The position numbers and the translations under genes were made by a program. This document shows, one piece after another, positions 45,953 to 55,309 of a stretch of 64,000 nucleotides of DNA (positions are counted from its first letter, which is position 1; the number at the start of each line of letters is the position of its first letter). The notes below the pieces were generated by a model, which ran no database searches, was not told the DNA's origin, and saw only the letters and a program-made list of their open reading frames with translations. The DNA is from Planctomycetota bacterium (GTDB taxonomy: Bacteria; Planctomycetota; UBA1135; UBA2386). Location: the NCBI GenBank assembly GCA_965223545.1, contig OZ245006.1, positions 2,240,001 to 2,304,000 on the forward strand. The letters are read 5' to 3'.

Positions 45953-46043
45953 GCGCGGCCACGGCCGCAAACACGGAGCGTCCCGCGACCCGAGCGTGGG
46001 GCGCGAATCCCCCGGTCGCCGGCGGCCGAGGCCGCAACCAAAC
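45953..46043 (+). repeat. Dispersed palindromic intergenic repeat, copy 1
   Basis: Aligns with the reverse complement of 49776-49866 (AACACGGAGC..CCGCGACCCGAGCGT..CGGTCGCCGGCGGCCG). Confidence 0.75.
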
Positions 46044-46520
46044 TCAACGGCCGAGCGTGGGATCCGGCGCGTGCGCGACCGGTTCCGGGTGCGCCATGCA
46101 CCAATCGACCACGCGCTCGGTGATCAGGTAGTAGCAGCTGCCGTGGCCGGACAGGTCGGGCCGGTCCCGGTCGCGGACGATCTCGTCGATGGCCGCGGCG
46201 ATCGCTTCGCGCTCGGCTTCGGTGAACGTCGCCGGATCGTCCAGGTGGTGGCCGACGAAGCGCCACATGCGCTCGCAGTCCGCGTCCCAGTTGGCGTTAC
46301 CGTTGCGGTAGGCCTCGTCTGTGAGCTTGCCGGCGATGCGGATCAGCTCGCCCTGCAGGGTGTCGGCCTGCCCGTGGGTCGGCACGAACTCGTCCCACAG
46401 CCGCTCGTGCTCTTTGGTCCACTCGTAGTTGCGTTCTGGCATACCATCTCCGCCGCACGACAGCAGCGCGGCGACCAAGCCCAAGACGCACGGGTATCGA
46501 GGGACCGACCTCGAATTCAC
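46044..46520 (-). CDS. Hypothetical protein, possible lipoprotein
   Basis: LLSC lipobox; LWDEFVPTHGQADTLQGELIR...YRNGNANWD; start could instead be ATG 46442. Confidence 0.65.
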   Translation of the reverse strand: MNSRSVPRYPCVLGLVAALLSCGGDGMPERNYEWTKEHERLWDEFVPTHGQADTLQGELIRIAGKLTDEAYRNGNANWDADCERMWRFVGHHLDDPATFTEAEREAIAAAIDEIVRDRDRPDLSGHGSCYYLITERVVDWCMAHPEPVAHAPDPTLGR

Positions 46521-46562
46521 TCCGCGCCCGTGTTGCCGCAAACGATCCAAGACCGCGACAGT

Positions 46563-48506
46563 CTACGGCAGCAGGCGGATGCCGATGGCATTCGACGCCA
46601 GGATCGCCCCGGTCGGCCCGGTGCGGTCGTCGACGAACGCCTGGGTGTAGATCGTCACCGGCGCGCCGACCTTGATCACCGGTAGGTTCAGCACCAGGTC
46701 GCCGGCCGCGTCGGTCATGCCGCACGCGATCTCGAACCACGGCCCGCCGACGCTCGCCGTCAACGGCCCCAGCGAAGAGGTCGTCCGCGACAGACCGCCG
46801 AGGATCAGCACCGGCTTGCCGGCGCTGCCGTCGACCTCGAGCCGCACCGGCGTGCCGGAGCGGTGCTGGACCTGCCAGGCCGGCTCGCCGTTGACGCGGT
46901 GCACGGCCAGCGCGAGCTTCGCGCCGGCGTAGGCATCGACGCGGCCGGCGCCGTAGGTGTTCTCCTTGCCCGCCACCAGCCCGAAGTCATCGGCGGTCTG
47001 GTGGACGATCATCGCCACGTCCTCGGGCGTCAGGCTCATGTTGGCGCTCTTCCACAGCGCCGCGATGCCGGCGACGACCGGGGTCGCGTTCGAAGTGCCG
47101 CCGAACGGCCGGATCTGGCAGCTGAAGCCACTGCCAACGGTCGTGTCGGTCCCCGACGGCGCGACCACGTCCGGCTTGAGCAACCCCAGCTGGGCACCTC
47201 CCGCCCACGGGTAGTCGTTGTGGGCAGCGCTCCAGTAGATCGTCGGAAACGTCGGCACCACCGCGAGCAGCTCGGTGAGATCCCACGCCACCGGCCCGCA
47301 CGGCGTCGTGCTCTGCAGCTGCCGCGTGGACAGGTCGTACGCGCCGACGCCGATCACCCCGCTGCGGGCACCGACCAGCGTCTGCGCCGGATCCATGTAC
47401 GGCGAGGGCACGTTGCCCGGCGCCGAGACGTTGAATGGGCGCCGCACCCCGCTTGTGGGATCCTGGCACGAGTTGCCGTTGTTGGACGTCGAGTTGGTGC
47501 GAATCAGCCCCGCCGCCAACGTCGCGTCGGCGATCTCGCGGTGCATCCGATAGTTGGGTGAGGGTAGGAAGTTGTTCTTGTAGGAATGCGAGCTGGTCTG
47601 CACGTGCGCGCCCATCTGCACCGCGTACTGCAACGCGAACCACTGGCTGACCTCGTTGGACAGCTTGCCGGTCATCAACTCGGCCCCCGGCGCGATGCCG
47701 TAGGCGGTGCCGTCGCAGAAGCAATTGCCGATCATCACGCCGGCGGTGGCGGTGCCATGGCCGCCGTTGTCGTCGACGTTGGGGCTGTTGGCGGCGAAGT
47801 TCCACCCGATGTCGTCGTCGATGTAGCCGTTGCCGTCGTCGTCGATGCCGTTGCCGATGATCTCACCGGGGTTGGCCCAAAGCCCGCTGCGCAGCGACAG
47901 GTGGAACTGGTTGACGCCACTGTCGGCGTTCATGATGACGACGCCCTTGCCAGTGAAGCCCATCGCCCACACTTTGTCGGCGCCGACCTCGGCCGGCCCG
48001 TTGCCCGCAGGCCCACAGCCCGCGGCGCCGGAGTGCGCGGCGCGCGGCGCACCGTCCTCGTAAGCGGCTGGCGGCAGGACCACGTCGGGCCACACTTCCC
48101 AGACGTCGTCGCGCGCCGCGACCGCGCGGACCACGTCGGCGTGCGCCTCCGCGCAGACGAAGTTGCCGAGCCAGTTCGCGGCAATGTCGCGGCAGCGACC
48201 GCGCTGCCGCTCCGCAAGCAGAAGCTCGACGATCGGGCGCTGGCTGCGCGCGGCATGGGCGCGCAAGTCCGCGACCACCGCGGCCCGGCGCGCGGCGAGC
48301 GGCAGGTCGCGCACGCGCGGAGACCAGTGGCCGGGCCCGATCCGGTCACGCATCACGAAGTAGACCCGCATCGGTTCGTCGCCGCGCGTGTTGGCCAGGC
48401 GGGCCGCCAGCGTGCGCTCGAACTTCCAGTCGACGTGCTGTGCCGGCATCGCCGCCGCCAGCAGAACCGCGGCCGCAGCGATGCGCCGTCCCCGCCGAAC
48501 TCCCAT
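46563..48506 (-). CDS. Secreted S8 serine peptidase with shared C-terminal domain
   Basis: NADSGV, DDDGNGYIDD, GHGTATAG, LKPDVVAP, FGGTSNATP. Confidence 0.9.
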   Translation of the reverse strand: MGVRRGRRIAAAAVLLAAAMPAQHVDWKFERTLAARLANTRGDEPMRVYFVMRDRIGPGHWSPRVRDLPLAARRAAVVADLRAHAARSQRPIVELLLAERQRGRCRDIAANWLGNFVCAEAHADVVRAVAARDDVWEVWPDVVLPPAAYEDGAPRAAHSGAAGCGPAGNGPAEVGADKVWAMGFTGKGVVIMNADSGVNQFHLSLRSGLWANPGEIIGNGIDDDGNGYIDDDIGWNFAANSPNVDDNGGHGTATAGVMIGNCFCDGTAYGIAPGAELMTGKLSNEVSQWFALQYAVQMGAHVQTSSHSYKNNFLPSPNYRMHREIADATLAAGLIRTNSTSNNGNSCQDPTSGVRRPFNVSAPGNVPSPYMDPAQTLVGARSGVIGVGAYDLSTRQLQSTTPCGPVAWDLTELLAVVPTFPTIYWSAAHNDYPWAGGAQLGLLKPDVVAPSGTDTTVGSGFSCQIRPFGGTSNATPVVAGIAALWKSANMSLTPEDVAMIVHQTADDFGLVAGKENTYGAGRVDAYAGAKLALAVHRVNGEPAWQVQHRSGTPVRLEVDGSAGKPVLILGGLSRTTSSLGPLTASVGGPWFEIACGMTDAAGDLVLNLPVIKVGAPVTIYTQAFVDDRTGPTGAILASNAIGIRLLP

Positions 48507-48514
48507 TCTTCGCC

Positions 48515-49486
48515 TCACTGGATCGTGAACGAGACAGCGTTGGTCAACGTCAACGGCGTCTGCCGCCCGCTGGCGACATCGACGAGCAGGCACTGCGCCT
48601 CGAGCGTGGCGCCGACCAGCGACGCCCTGTTGGGGATCGGCACCGGGAAGACCGCGGTGCCATCGGCGAGCGCGGGCGTGCCCGGCGTGGTCCCGAAGCC
48701 GAGCTGCAGCAGCGGCTGCACCCACAGCGTGCAGCCGGTGACACCGACTAAGCCCAGGTCGACCTGGAACGTCGGGTTGGCGCCGAAGACGAACACGCAC
48801 GGCACCGCCGGCGGCGCGCCGTGCACCTCGAGGTTGAAGTTGGGGTTGCCGACCGAGGCCGTCTGCGCCGAGCCCAGCACCGGAGTCACCCCCGTGCCGC
48901 CCGCACAGCCGGCGCCGTGGTCAGTGACCGAAGCGCTGTTGACGAACAGGCGCACCGGCACGGACTGCTGCTGGCTGTCGCCGAAGAACGCCCATTGGTC
49001 ACCGTTCTCGGTGCCGTCGCCGTCCGCGGTATTGGACCCCGTGTACAGCTCGACCAACCCCGGCGTCGCCGGTGCCGTGTAGCCGTACTGCCAGCTGCGG
49101 CCGAAGAACGCGAAGCTGTGGGTGATGAACTTGCCAGCCGGATCGGTCTTCGTCATCGACCCCGCCGCCAGCGCGCCGCGCGTCACCTCGGCGACAAACC
49201 CGCCCCAGGTCGAGGTCGACACGCCACCCGTGGTCGTCGACGTGATCTGGATCGCCTGCCCCGCATCCAACGAGTACTGCGTGGGCGACACCTCGAGGTG
49301 CGGCAGCGGCACTCCCGCGGTGGCGGAGTGGCATTGCGCGCAACCCTGGCCGGTGCGGACCACGGTGTTGGGGACGGTGCCGGGAATGCCGGTCGTGCCG
49401 GGCAACGCGCCCTTGCTGTAGGAGAGGGCGGTGGCGGCGAGCACGAGCGCGGCCGGACTCGCGATCAGGAGGAGCCGGTGTTTCAT
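48515..49486 (-). CDS. Secreted Reeler-like (choice-of-anchor V-like) protein with CxxCH and shared C-terminal domain
   Basis: Signal peptide; GQGCAQCHS; ITHS...WQYGYTAP...SNTADGDG..GD. Confidence 0.7.
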   Translation of the reverse strand: MKHRLLLIASPAALVLAATALSYSKGALPGTTGIPGTVPNTVVRTGQGCAQCHSATAGVPLPHLEVSPTQYSLDAGQAIQITSTTTGGVSTSTWGGFVAEVTRGALAAGSMTKTDPAGKFITHSFAFFGRSWQYGYTAPATPGLVELYTGSNTADGDGTENGDQWAFFGDSQQQSVPVRLFVNSASVTDHGAGCAGGTGVTPVLGSAQTASVGNPNFNLEVHGAPPAVPCVFVFGANPTFQVDLGLVGVTGCTLWVQPLLQLGFGTTPGTPALADGTAVFPVPIPNRASLVGATLEAQCLLVDVASGRQTPLTLTNAVSFTIQ

Positions 49487-49775
49487 CTGCGACGGGCCAA
49501 AGGTGTGGTGTGTGTGGCGGCGTGGGCCTTGGCCACGCGACGCCATGGGAATGATAGCGTACGCGGCCGCCCGCGGCCCGAACGGGCGCCCAGGCAGTCC
49601 GATCCTGCGACAGGGCGCCAATCCGCCGCGGCAAGGGCGGCTCGTGAGCCTTAAGGCCCCCCGGGCCTCAGGGTCCGCAAATCTTCGCGCGGCGACAACC
49701 TTTCGGAAGGCTCGATGCCGCTGGAACTTCGACAACGCAGCTCCCGGAGGCTCGAAGACAACACTGGCCTCTGGG

Positions 49776-49866
49776 CTCAGCGCGGCCGCCGGCGACCGCG
49801 GGACCCGCGACCGACGCTCGGGTCGCGGAATGCTCCGTGTTTGGTTGCGGCCTCGGCCGCGCTGAG
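49776..49866 (-). repeat. Dispersed palindromic intergenic repeat, copy 2, with 13-bp terminal inverted repeat
   Basis: CTCAGCGCGGCCG (49776-49788) / CGGCCGCGCTGAG (49854-49866); inner stem CCGCGACC...GGTCGCGG. Confidence 0.75.
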
Positions 49867-49867
49867 G

Positions 49868-50887
49868 TCAGTCGTCGGCGGGGATCGGCTGGACCGCGCT
49901 GCCGCTGGCCATGCTCAGCGTCGCCGCCTCGAGCGCCTGGACCACGCGCAGGCCGTTGCGGCCGTCGGTCAGCGCCGGCTCGCCACGCTCGACGCAGTCG
50001 AGGAAGTGCTCGCACTCGGCCTGCAAGGGCTGATTCAGCCGAATCGCCGGGATGTACACCCCGCCGTCCACCACGGAGGTCTTGTACTCGAGGTAGGTGT
50101 CGGCATCCGGCGGCGCCTCGACGTGCCCGTCGTAGACCTGCACCGGCCGCTGCAGCTCGAGGTCGTCCCAGACCGCCATCTTGGCACTGCCGACGACGGT
50201 GATCTGCCGCACCTTGCGGGGGTTGAGCCAGCTGACGTTGACGTGGGCCAGCGGACCGTCGGCGAAGCTGAAGGTGGCAAAGACCGCGTCCTCGATCTGC
50301 GCGTTGAGGTAGGACTGACCGCGCGCGGTGACGTCCAGCGGCGGCCGCCCCATCAAGTAGGTCATGATCGAGATGTCGTGACTGGCGAGATCCCACAGCG
50401 CATTGACGTCGGTGCGCACCGGTCCGAGGTTGGTGCGCACGAAGCTCAGGTAGTGGATGTCGCCGAGCTCGCCGGCGTCGATCAGCTTCTTGAGCGCTCG
50501 GATCGACGCGTTGTACTCGAACACGTGGCCGACCATCAGCACGCGCTGCCGTGCCTCGGCCAGCTCGATCAAGGCGCGCGCCTCCGCCGCCGTCTTGGTG
50601 ATCGGCTTCTCCACCATGACGTGCTTGCCGGCCTCGAGTGCCTGCCGCACCAGCTCGAAGTGCGTGTGCACCGGCGTCGACACCGCCACCGCCGCGACCT
50701 CGTCGTCGGCGAGAATGTCGTCCAGCTGCTGCGTCGTGCGAGCGCCTGGCTGCTTGTCGGCGAAGCGTTCGAGACGCCGCGGATCGAGGTCACACACCCA
50801 CTTGATCTGGGCACGGCCGGTGAGCGCGAACGAGCGCGCGATGTTCGGTCCCCAGTGCCCGACGCCGACGAGTCCGATGTGGTGCAT
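49868..50887 (-). CDS. Gfo/Idh/MocA-family oxidoreductase (nucleotide-sugar dehydrogenase type)
   Basis: GVGHWG, STPVHTH, HVMVEKP, WDLASHD. Confidence 0.92.
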   Translation of the reverse strand: MHHIGLVGVGHWGPNIARSFALTGRAQIKWVCDLDPRRLERFADKQPGARTTQQLDDILADDEVAAVAVSTPVHTHFELVRQALEAGKHVMVEKPITKTAAEARALIELAEARQRVLMVGHVFEYNASIRALKKLIDAGELGDIHYLSFVRTNLGPVRTDVNALWDLASHDISIMTYLMGRPPLDVTARGQSYLNAQIEDAVFATFSFADGPLAHVNVSWLNPRKVRQITVVGSAKMAVWDDLELQRPVQVYDGHVEAPPDADTYLEYKTSVVDGGVYIPAIRLNQPLQAECEHFLDCVERGEPALTDGRNGLRVVQALEAATLSMASGSAVQPIPADD

Positions 50888-50891
50888 GCTC

Positions 50892-52007
50892 TTAGTTCCG
50901 CGCAGTCCGCGCCAACACCTCGGCCGCCCGGCCGACGGCCTCGTCGGGCATCTCGGCGTAGATCGGCAGGCTCAAACAACGCCGCGCCCAGCGCTCGGAG
51001 ACCGGGAAGCGCCCGGTCTCGTAGCCCAACCAGCGATAGGCACCGAGCTCGTGCACGGCGAACGGATAGTGAATGCCGGCGCCGATCCCGGCCGCGTGCA
51101 GCGCCTGCAGACACTCGTCCCGGTTGCCGACGCGGACCACGTAGAGGTGGTGCACCGAGCCGGGATCGATGTCGGTCAGCTCGACGCCATCGATGCCGGC
51201 CAAGGCGTCGTGATAGGCGGCGGCGAGCTCGCGGCGCCGCGCGTTCCAGGCGTCGAGATGGCGCAGCTTGACGCGCAGCACGGCCGCCTGCAGCGTATCG
51301 AGGCGACTGTTGAGCCCCATGCTCTCGTGGTGGTACTTGACCGCGCTGCCCCAGTTGCGCAGCAGCGACAGCTCGCGCATCAGCTCCTCGTCGCCGGTGG
51401 TGATCGCGCCGCCGTCGCCGTAGGCGCCGAGGTTCTTGCCCGGGTAGAAGCTGAACGCAGCGATCCGGCCGAGCGTTCCGGCGCGCCGGCCAAACGCTTC
51501 CGCGCCGTGCGCCTGGGCAGCGTCTTCGAGCACGGGCAAGCCGTGCTTGTCGGCCACCGCCTGCAACGCCGGCATCGCCGCACACTGGCCGTAGAGATGC
51601 ACCGGCAGGATCACCTTGGTGCGCTCGGTAATGGCTGCCTCGACCAGCTCCGGATCCAAATGGCCGCGCGCCGGGTCGACGTCCACCAGCACCGGGCGGC
51701 CGCCGGCGAGGGTCACGCCGAGGGCAGTCGCGACGAAGGTGAACGCCGGCAGGATCACCTCGTCCCCCTCTCCGACGCCGAGCACGCGGCACGCGAGGTG
51801 GAGTGCATCGGTGCCGCTGGCGCAGCCGATGGCGTAGCGCGCACCGCAGAACGCGGCGAACTCCTGCTCGAATCGCTCGTGGTCCTCACCCAGGATGAAG
51901 TCGCAGCGGTCGAGTACACCGCGCAAGGCGGCGTCGATGTCGGCGGCGATCTGCTGGCGCTGCGCTTTGAGATCGACCAGCGGGATCGATCGCTTGGAAT
52001 CGGACAT
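50892..52007 (-). CDS. DegT/DnrJ/EryC1/StrS aminotransferase
   Basis: [40 protein letters not shown]. Confidence 0.94.
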   Translation of the reverse strand: MSDSKRSIPLVDLKAQRQQIAADIDAALRGVLDRCDFILGEDHERFEQEFAAFCGARYAIGCASGTDALHLACRVLGVGEGDEVILPAFTFVATALGVTLAGGRPVLVDVDPARGHLDPELVEAAITERTKVILPVHLYGQCAAMPALQAVADKHGLPVLEDAAQAHGAEAFGRRAGTLGRIAAFSFYPGKNLGAYGDGGAITTGDEELMRELSLLRNWGSAVKYHHESMGLNSRLDTLQAAVLRVKLRHLDAWNARRRELAAAYHDALAGIDGVELTDIDPGSVHHLYVVRVGNRDECLQALHAAGIGAGIHYPFAVHELGAYRWLGYETGRFPVSERWARRCLSLPIYAEMPDEAVGRAAEVLARTARN

Positions 52008-52202
52008 GGAGCGGGGCCGCGGTCTTGGCGCGGCACAACGGGCAGAGGGCGAAGGGCAACGCGAACGGGGCGCAGTGACACGCCTCGCCGCAACTACACA
52101 ACACTAGCTCTGGCATGGGGATGGTGCAAATCGAGGGAGCGCCCACCAGACCCGGCACGGCACGGCGAACGGCCGGCCCCAACGGCGCTACAGTCGCCTG
52201 CA

Positions 52203-53561
52203 ATGACCCCTTCGAACCACCGCGACCGGCCGGCAGAGCGCCCGCGGCGCGCCATCGCCGTGGCCGCGCTGTCGACGGTGCTCGCCAGTACCGCCGCCGG
52301 CCAACCGGTCACCGGCGAGGTCGCCGAACCCGGCCCGCCCGACCCGCGGCAGGCGGGACTGCGCGCCGCGGAGTGGCTGTTGCACACGGCGACCGAGACC
52401 GAGCACGGTCTCGCCTGGGCCGCCGACCCCACCGACCCGAAGACGCGCAGCGACGCGCTCTACTCGGGCAGCGCCGGTGCAGTGTTGCTGCTGATCGAAG
52501 CGCACGCGGTCACCGGCGAACCCCGCTGGGCCGCGGCGGTCGGGCGGGCCGCCGACCACTTGGCCGCGGTCGCCGGCGACGAGGCGGCGATGCCGCCCGG
52601 GCTGTACACGGGGCGCGCCGGCATCGGCTACGCGTTGGCACAGGCGTGGCGTGTGACCGGCGCGCCCGAGCACCGCGAGGCAGCAGCCCGCTGCGCCGCC
52701 GTGCTGTGCGACACGGCCACACCAGCCGGCGCGGGCGTCGAGTGGAACCACGTCACCGACATCATCGGCGGCGGCGCCGGCATCGGGCTGTGGTTGCTGC
52801 AGGCCGCCGCCGAACTCGAAGCGCCGCGAGCACTGCAGACCGCGGTCGCGGCCGGCCGGCGGCTCCTCGAGCTCGATCGCCGAGACGCCCGCGGCCGGTG
52901 GTGGCCGATGTCGGCGCGCACCGAGCGGCACTATCCGAACTTCTCGCACGGCACCGCCGGCGTCGCCTACTACCTCGCGACGCTGCACGCGGCGACGGGC
53001 GATCCCGAGTTCCTCGCCGCCGCGGTCGACGGCGCCGCGTTCTTGGCTAGCGTCGAACGCGACGGGTTGGTACACCACCACGAGCCCGGCGGCGAGGACC
53101 TGTTCTACCTCGGCTGGTGTCACGGACCGGCCGGCACCACGCGCCTCTACCAGCGCTTGGCATGGACGACGGGGGACGCCACCTGGTCGCAGCGGCTGCG
53201 GCAGTCGGTCGACGGCCTCACGGCCCTGGGCGTGCCCGGTCGACACCCCGGACTCTGGGACACCGTCGGCCAGTGCTGCGGAACCGCCGGCATCGGCGAG
53301 ATGCTGCTGCAAGTCGATCCGCTGCGGCACGCCGGGCTCTTGGACGACATCGCCGCGGACCTGCTCGCCCGCGCCACGACCGACGCCGACGGACTGCGGT
53401 GGGTCCAGGCCGAGCACCGCGTGCGGCCCCAGCTGCGCCTGGCGCAGACCGGCTACATGCAGGGCGCGGCCGGTGTCGGTCTGTTCTTCCTGCACCTCGA
53501 CGGAGCCCGCAGCGGGCGGCCGCCGCGGGTCGTGCTGCCAGACTCCCCCTACCGCCGCTGA
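52203..53561 (+). CDS. Stand-alone LanC-like (lanthionine synthetase C-like) protein with apparent signal peptide
   Basis: Repeated GxAG motifs: LYSGSAG, LYTGRAG, FSHGTAG, WCHGPAG, QCCGTAG, YMQGAAG. Confidence 0.85.
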   Translation: MTPSNHRDRPAERPRRAIAVAALSTVLASTAAGQPVTGEVAEPGPPDPRQAGLRAAEWLLHTATETEHGLAWAADPTDPKTRSDALYSGSAGAVLLLIEAHAVTGEPRWAAAVGRAADHLAAVAGDEAAMPPGLYTGRAGIGYALAQAWRVTGAPEHREAAARCAAVLCDTATPAGAGVEWNHVTDIIGGGAGIGLWLLQAAAELEAPRALQTAVAAGRRLLELDRRDARGRWWPMSARTERHYPNFSHGTAGVAYYLATLHAATGDPEFLAAAVDGAAFLASVERDGLVHHHEPGGEDLFYLGWCHGPAGTTRLYQRLAWTTGDATWSQRLRQSVDGLTALGVPGRHPGLWDTVGQCCGTAGIGEMLLQVDPLRHAGLLDDIAADLLARATTDADGLRWVQAEHRVRPQLRLAQTGYMQGAAGVGLFFLHLDGARSGRPPRVVLPDSPYRR

Positions 53562-55309
53562 CCGCGGCGCCGGTGCTCGACCAGCCGCCCCTGGTGCAGC
53601 ACCAGGATCCGGTCGGCGTCCTGCACCGTCGACAGCCGGTGGGCGACGATCAGCGACGTGCGGCCCGCCATCAGCTGGCGCACCGCGTCCTGCAGCAGAT
53701 GCTCGGTGTGGGTGTCGACGCTGGCGGTGGCCTCGTCCAGCAGGAGCACTTCGGGGGCAATCACCAGCATGCGGGCAAACGCGACCAGCTGCTTCTCACC
53801 GGCCGAGAGGTTCTTGCCGCGCTCGGCGATCGGCTCGTGGTAGCCCGCTGGGAAGCGCGCCACGACTTCGTCGAGGTGCAACCGGCTGGCGGCGGCGATG
53901 GCATCGGCTTCCGAGACGCCTTCCTGCCCCAACAACAGGTTGTCGAGGATGGTGCCGTGGAACAAGAACGGGTCCTGCGGCACGACCCCGATCCGGCGGC
54001 GCAGATCGGCACGCGGCAGCTGCCGGACGTCGACACCATCCAGCGTGATCCGCCCCTCCTGCAGCTCGTACAGCCGCGTCAACAAGCTGAGGATCGTGCT
54101 CTTGCCGGAGCCGGTCACCCCGACCAGAGCGACGGTCTCGCCAGGCTCGACCGCGAAGCTCACGTCGTGCAGGACCGGCTCCGCATCGCCGTACGAGAAG
54201 GTGACGCCCTCGAATGCCAGGGCGCCGCGCCGGCCGCCATCGCCCTCCGGCGCGACCATGCCCGCAGGCTCGGGCGGCTCCGGCTCCTCGTCCAACAGCG
54301 CGAAGATGCGGTCGCTGGCGACGAACGCGTTCTGCATGACGGTGTACTTGAGGCTCAAGTCGTTCACCGGCCCGAAGAACTTCTGCATGGTGTCGACGAA
54401 CGCGAACAGCGTGCCGAGGGTGAGCGCCCCCGCCCAGCCCGCCGCCGCGTCCGCACCGAGGCCACCGAGCACCACCCCACCCCCGTACCAGAGGATCAGC
54501 GCGGTGGTGAACGAGCCCAGCATCTCCATCACCGCCGACAGCAGCGACTCCCACCACACCGAACGCAGCTGGGCCGCGCGCACGCCGTCGTTGATCACGC
54601 CGAACTCGCCCGCGCGCCGCTCTTCCTGGCCGAACATCTGCACGACCGGCATGCCGGAGACCTGCTCGTGCAAGAACCCGTTGAGCTCCGACAGGCGGCC
54701 GCGCATCGCCGTGTACGCCGTGCGCACTCGGCCGCGGATGAACATCGTCGCCGCCACCAGCACGGGCACGACGAGCAGCGTCGCCCCGGTCAGCGGTGGG
54801 CTCAAGCTCAGCATCAGGCACACCGCCGCGATCAAGAACACGACGTCGCCGAGGATGGTGACGACACCGGAGGAGAACATCTCCTGCAGCGCCTCGACGT
54901 CGGTGGTGACGCGCCCGACGAGGCGGCCGATCGGGGTGCGGTCGAAGAACGCCGCCGGCAAACGCTGCAAGTGCGCGAACACCTGCCGCCGCAGCTGCAG
55001 CAGCGCGCGTTGGCCCGCGGTCTCCAGCGCCAGCTGCTGCAACCAGCGCGCGCCCATCTCGACCACGGCCACCCCGGCAAACGCCGCCATCAGGGCGCCG
55101 AACCCGCCCGCCTCCGCCCCGATCAGGTGGCGGTCGATGGCCCGCATCAGGATCCACGGCTGCGCCAGCCGGCAGCCGGACGCGAGCAGCAGCAGCACGA
55201 AGCTGAGCCCGATCCAGCCCTTCTGCCGGGCCATCACCCCGCGCAACCGCCGCCACAGCTCGCCGCGCGGCAGCCGCGTGGCCTCCAGCCTGGCTCCCAG
55301 CGCCGTCAC
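53549..55309 (-). CDS. ABC exporter, MdlB-like half
   Basis: TMD plus GVTGSGKS, LSAGEKQL, LLLDEAT, AHRLST. Confidence 0.92.
   Translation of the reverse strand: MTALGARLEATRLPRGELWRRLRGVMARQKGWIGLSFVLLLLASGCRLAQPWILMRAIDRHLIGAEAGGFGALMAAFAGVAVVEMGARWLQQLALETAGQRALLQLRRQVFAHLQRLPAAFFDRTPIGRLVGRVTTDVEALQEMFSSGVVTILGDVVFLIAAVCLMLSLSPPLTGATLLVVPVLVAATMFIRGRVRTAYTAMRGRLSELNGFLHEQVSGMPVVQMFGQEERRAGEFGVINDGVRAAQLRSVWWESLLSAVMEMLGSFTTALILWYGGGVVLGGLGADAAAGWAGALTLGTLFAFVDTMQKFFGPVNDLSLKYTVMQNAFVASDRIFALLDEEPEPPEPAGMVAPEGDGGRRGALAFEGVTFSYGDAEPVLHDVSFAVEPGETVALVGVTGSGKSTILSLLTRLYELQEGRITLDGVDVRQLPRADLRRRIGVVPQDPFLFHGTILDNLLLGQEGVSEADAIAAASRLHLDEVVARFPAGYHEPIAERGKNLSAGEKQLVAFARMLVIAPEVLLLDEATASVDTHTEHLLQDAVRQLMAGRTSLIVAHRLSTVQDADRILVLHQGRLVEHRRRGQRR

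Noticed and set aside
49690..49765. Short imperfect direct repeats (CGACAAC...CGGA(A)GGCTCGA) in a 380-bp intergenic region
   Set aside because: Only two loose copies, with no recognisable RNA family or further support.
52101..52120. Possible sigma54 promoter TGGCAT...TGCA upstream of the LanC-like gene
   Set aside because: The GG-to-GC spacing is 12 nt rather than the required 10.
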